Origin: Spirochaetota bacterium
Lineage (GTDB): Bacteria; Spirochaetota; GWE2-31-10
Direction of reading: 5' to 3'
Length of the DNA stretch: 15,978 nt
Assembly: GCA_022361115.1 (NCBI GenBank)
Contig: JAKSBL010000332.1
Coordinates: forward strand, 1-15,978
This document shows positions 14,318 to 15,978 of this stretch, piece by piece. A program made the position numbers and the translations under genes. Position 1 is the stretch's first letter. Every line of letters begins with the position of its first letter. The notes beneath the pieces were generated by a model that ran no database searches, had not been told where the DNA came from, and saw only the letters and a list, made by a program, of their open reading frames with translations.

Positions 14318-15978
14318 ATGGAAGATATCTACATACTTCAATTTAATAATGATCAATATGCCATCCGAAAGAAAGAAATTATTGATATATTGGAAGCACA
14401 AGATGTTCGGGAATTTCCGCTGGCTAATCAGAATCAAGGGTTGTACTATGCTTTTATTAATGGCAAAATATCTTATTTTTATGACTTGTCCAAATTTTTA
14501 GGTTATTATGCATTTGATTTAACACAACCAGGTAAATTGATATTAGTAACTAAAAATAATGATATGCCTGGTTTTATTTTTAACGGGATCAGTAAACAGG
14601 TCTTAATTGATGAGTTTATTTCTATTCCTCCATTTCTTAAAAGTAGTTTGATTAACCAGGGAATCATATTAGATAATCAGATAATTCCAATAATCAATAT
14701 TAAAGATGGCTATCAGCAACTGCAATCAGATCAATATCAACCTCCTCAACTTGAGTATCACATAAATAAAATCGAAAAATTAAATCTAAAAAATATTAAG
14801 AAAATTATTTTTTACAAAACCGGAGAACATTCCTTTTGCATACCAGAGAATGTAATTGAAGACGCAAAAATGGTTATTAATCAAATTTCTCATGGGACAC
14901 TTTTTAATGAATGTATAAAGGGAATAACTTACTGTAAAGAACAAGTTATTCCAATTATTGATTTTTCTAAATTTTTAAAGTGTACTAATAATAATACAGA
15001 TCACTTATTTACATCAAAAGTCGGCACTCAAGTGTTTGCTTTTTCTGTTGAAACATATATTGAAGAAATTACCTTATCAAAAGGCCAATGTAAAAAGCTT
15101 CCATTATTGATTCAAACCGAATGGGTAAGCCATGCAGTGATTTATCAAAATGAAATCTTTCCTGTTTTCAATCCTCAAGCAATTTTAAAAAATATCAATG
15201 AGGAATTCAATTTTCAACCTTTTCTTGATCAATATCATACTTCATCCCCCTTTCCCAATCAGTTTTTAAAGGAAGAAATTGAATTATTGGAATTTGAGCT
15301 TGCAGGAAATGAATATAGTCTTCCTGAAATGGAAATAATTGATACTTTTGCAATGCAAAAATATTATCCCTTTCCAAATATGACCACTTTAATGATGGGT
15401 CTGACAGTTTATAAGAATGAATTTTTACCTGTATTAGATCTGGTGGGAAAAAAAAGAAATCTTCCTGATCATTTATCTGGTTATCAAATGATTGTGATTA
15501 AGAATGGAAATTTCAAAGCAGTAATTATTGCTGAGAAAATTATCGGTAAGAAAAAGATATCTTTAAATATGCAGCACCATCTGCCTATTAAACAGAGGTA
15601 TCCATTAATTTATGGGTGCTATATTGAAAAACATGTGAAGCTTATCCTGAATATTGAAGCGATAGCTGTCTACTATGATCAAGCTGATTATGATTATTTT
15701 TCCAAGTCATTTTCGCAACAAATCAGAAATATTGATGAACAAGTTGTTATTTTAGAAAAAAATAAAGAATCGACTCAAGCAGAAGAATCGACTCAAGCAG
15801 AAGAATCTATTCAAGCAGAAGAATCTATTCAAGTAGAAGAATCGGTTCAAGTAGAAGAATCGGTTCAAGTAGAAGAATCGGTTCAAGCAGAAGAATCTAT
15901 TGAAGCAGAAGAATCTATTGAAGCAGAAGAATCTATTGAAGCAGAAGAATCTATTGAAGCAGAAGAATCTATTGAAGC
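14318..15978 (+). CDS. Protein with about four tandem CheW-like domains followed by an acidic hexapeptide tandem-repeat region. 3'-truncated by the window edge, with 553 codons in window.
   Basis: Uninterrupted ORF from ATG 14318 to the window end. The best CheW-like block is 'LLEFELAGNEYSLPEMEIIDTFAMQKYYPFPNMTTLMMGLTVYKNEFLPVLDLVGKK'. Weaker repeats of the same pattern begin near residues 5, 165 and 250 ('...IIFYKTGEHSFCIPENV...KGITYCKEQVIPIIDFSKFL'). Confidence 0.55.
   Translation, partial: MEDIYILQFNNDQYAIRKKEIIDILEAQDVREFPLANQNQGLYYAFINGKISYFYDLSKFLGYYAFDLTQPGKLILVTKNNDMPGFIFNGISKQVLIDEFISIPPFLKSSLINQGIILDNQIIPIINIKDGYQQLQSDQYQPPQLEYHINKIEKLNLKNIKKIIFYKTGEHSFCIPENVIEDAKMVINQISHGTLFNECIKGITYCKEQVIPIIDFSKFLKCTNNNTDHLFTSKVGTQVFAFSVETYIEEITLSKGQCKKLPLLIQTEWVSHAVIYQNEIFPVFNPQAILKNINEEFNFQPFLDQYHTSSPFPNQFLKEEIELLEFELAGNEYSLPEMEIIDTFAMQKYYPFPNMTTLMMGLTVYKNEFLPVLDLVGKKRNLPDHLSGYQMIVIKNGNFKAVIIAEKIIGKKKISLNMQHHLPIKQRYPLIYGCYIEKHVKLILNIEAIAVYYDQADYDYFSKSFSQQIRNIDEQVVILEKNKESTQAEESTQAEESIQAEESIQVEESVQVEESVQVEESVQAEESIEAEESIEAEESIEAEESIEAEESIE
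15767..15978 (+). repeat. Perfect-period 18-bp tandem repeat of about 11.8 copies that continues beyond the window. In frame it encodes E-S-[T/I/V]-[Q/E]-[A/V]-E hexapeptides at the C-terminal part of the CheW-like protein.
   Basis: Units from 15767 in order: gaatcgactcaagcagaa x2, gaatctattcaagcagaa, gaatctattcaagtagaa, gaatcggttcaagtagaa x2, gaatcggttcaagcagaa, gaatctattgaagcagaa x4, then a partial unit. Variants sit in contiguous blocks. Confidence 0.95.

Noticed and set aside
15767-15978. Possibility that the 18-bp periodic array is a CRISPR array
   Set aside because: The units are contiguous with no spacers. The period is 18 bp, a multiple of three, and the array is in frame within a long ORF. 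The unit is not palindromic. It is a coding tandem repeat.

Overview
AT-rich window, probably from a low-GC Firmicute that has an outer membrane (Halanaerobiales- or Negativicutes-like). The diderm call rests on three things: a signal-peptide protein with a β-barrel-like, C-terminal-Phe sequence, a LolA-like periplasmic protein, and LolCDE-like ABC components. Left to right the window holds: (1) the 3' part of a FapA/DUF342 flagellar-assembly-type gene plus a small YjfB-like motility ORF (+ strand), closed by a bidirectional terminator; (2) on the minus strand, a zinc-ribbon L28-like ribosomal protein gene, a GH57 α-glucan branching-enzyme gene with all three catalytic motifs readable, and a Rho_N+DUF4912 gene; (3) an eight-gene minus-strand cluster that I consider the most interesting element. 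Its gene order is YtrA-type GntR repressor (leaderless, self-operator), then a multi-TM SPFH/Band-7 protein, then an ABC ATPase, then two tandem-duplicated LolC/LolE-like FtsX permeases, then a third larger FtsX permease, then a LolA-like periplasmic protein, then a C-terminal-Phe β-barrel outer-membrane protein. The β-barrel gene is split by a 1-nt frameshift. (4) Divergently on the + strand, a protein with about four CheW-like domains that runs into a perfect-period 18-bp (ES[TIV][QE][AV]E) tandem array continuing past the window end. No rRNA, tRNA, CRISPR, transposase or integrase was seen. All family assignments come from reading motifs by eye, with no searches run. Coordinates from the supplied ORF track were re-trimmed to ATG starts with Shine-Dalgarno support where the track had used TTG/GTG.
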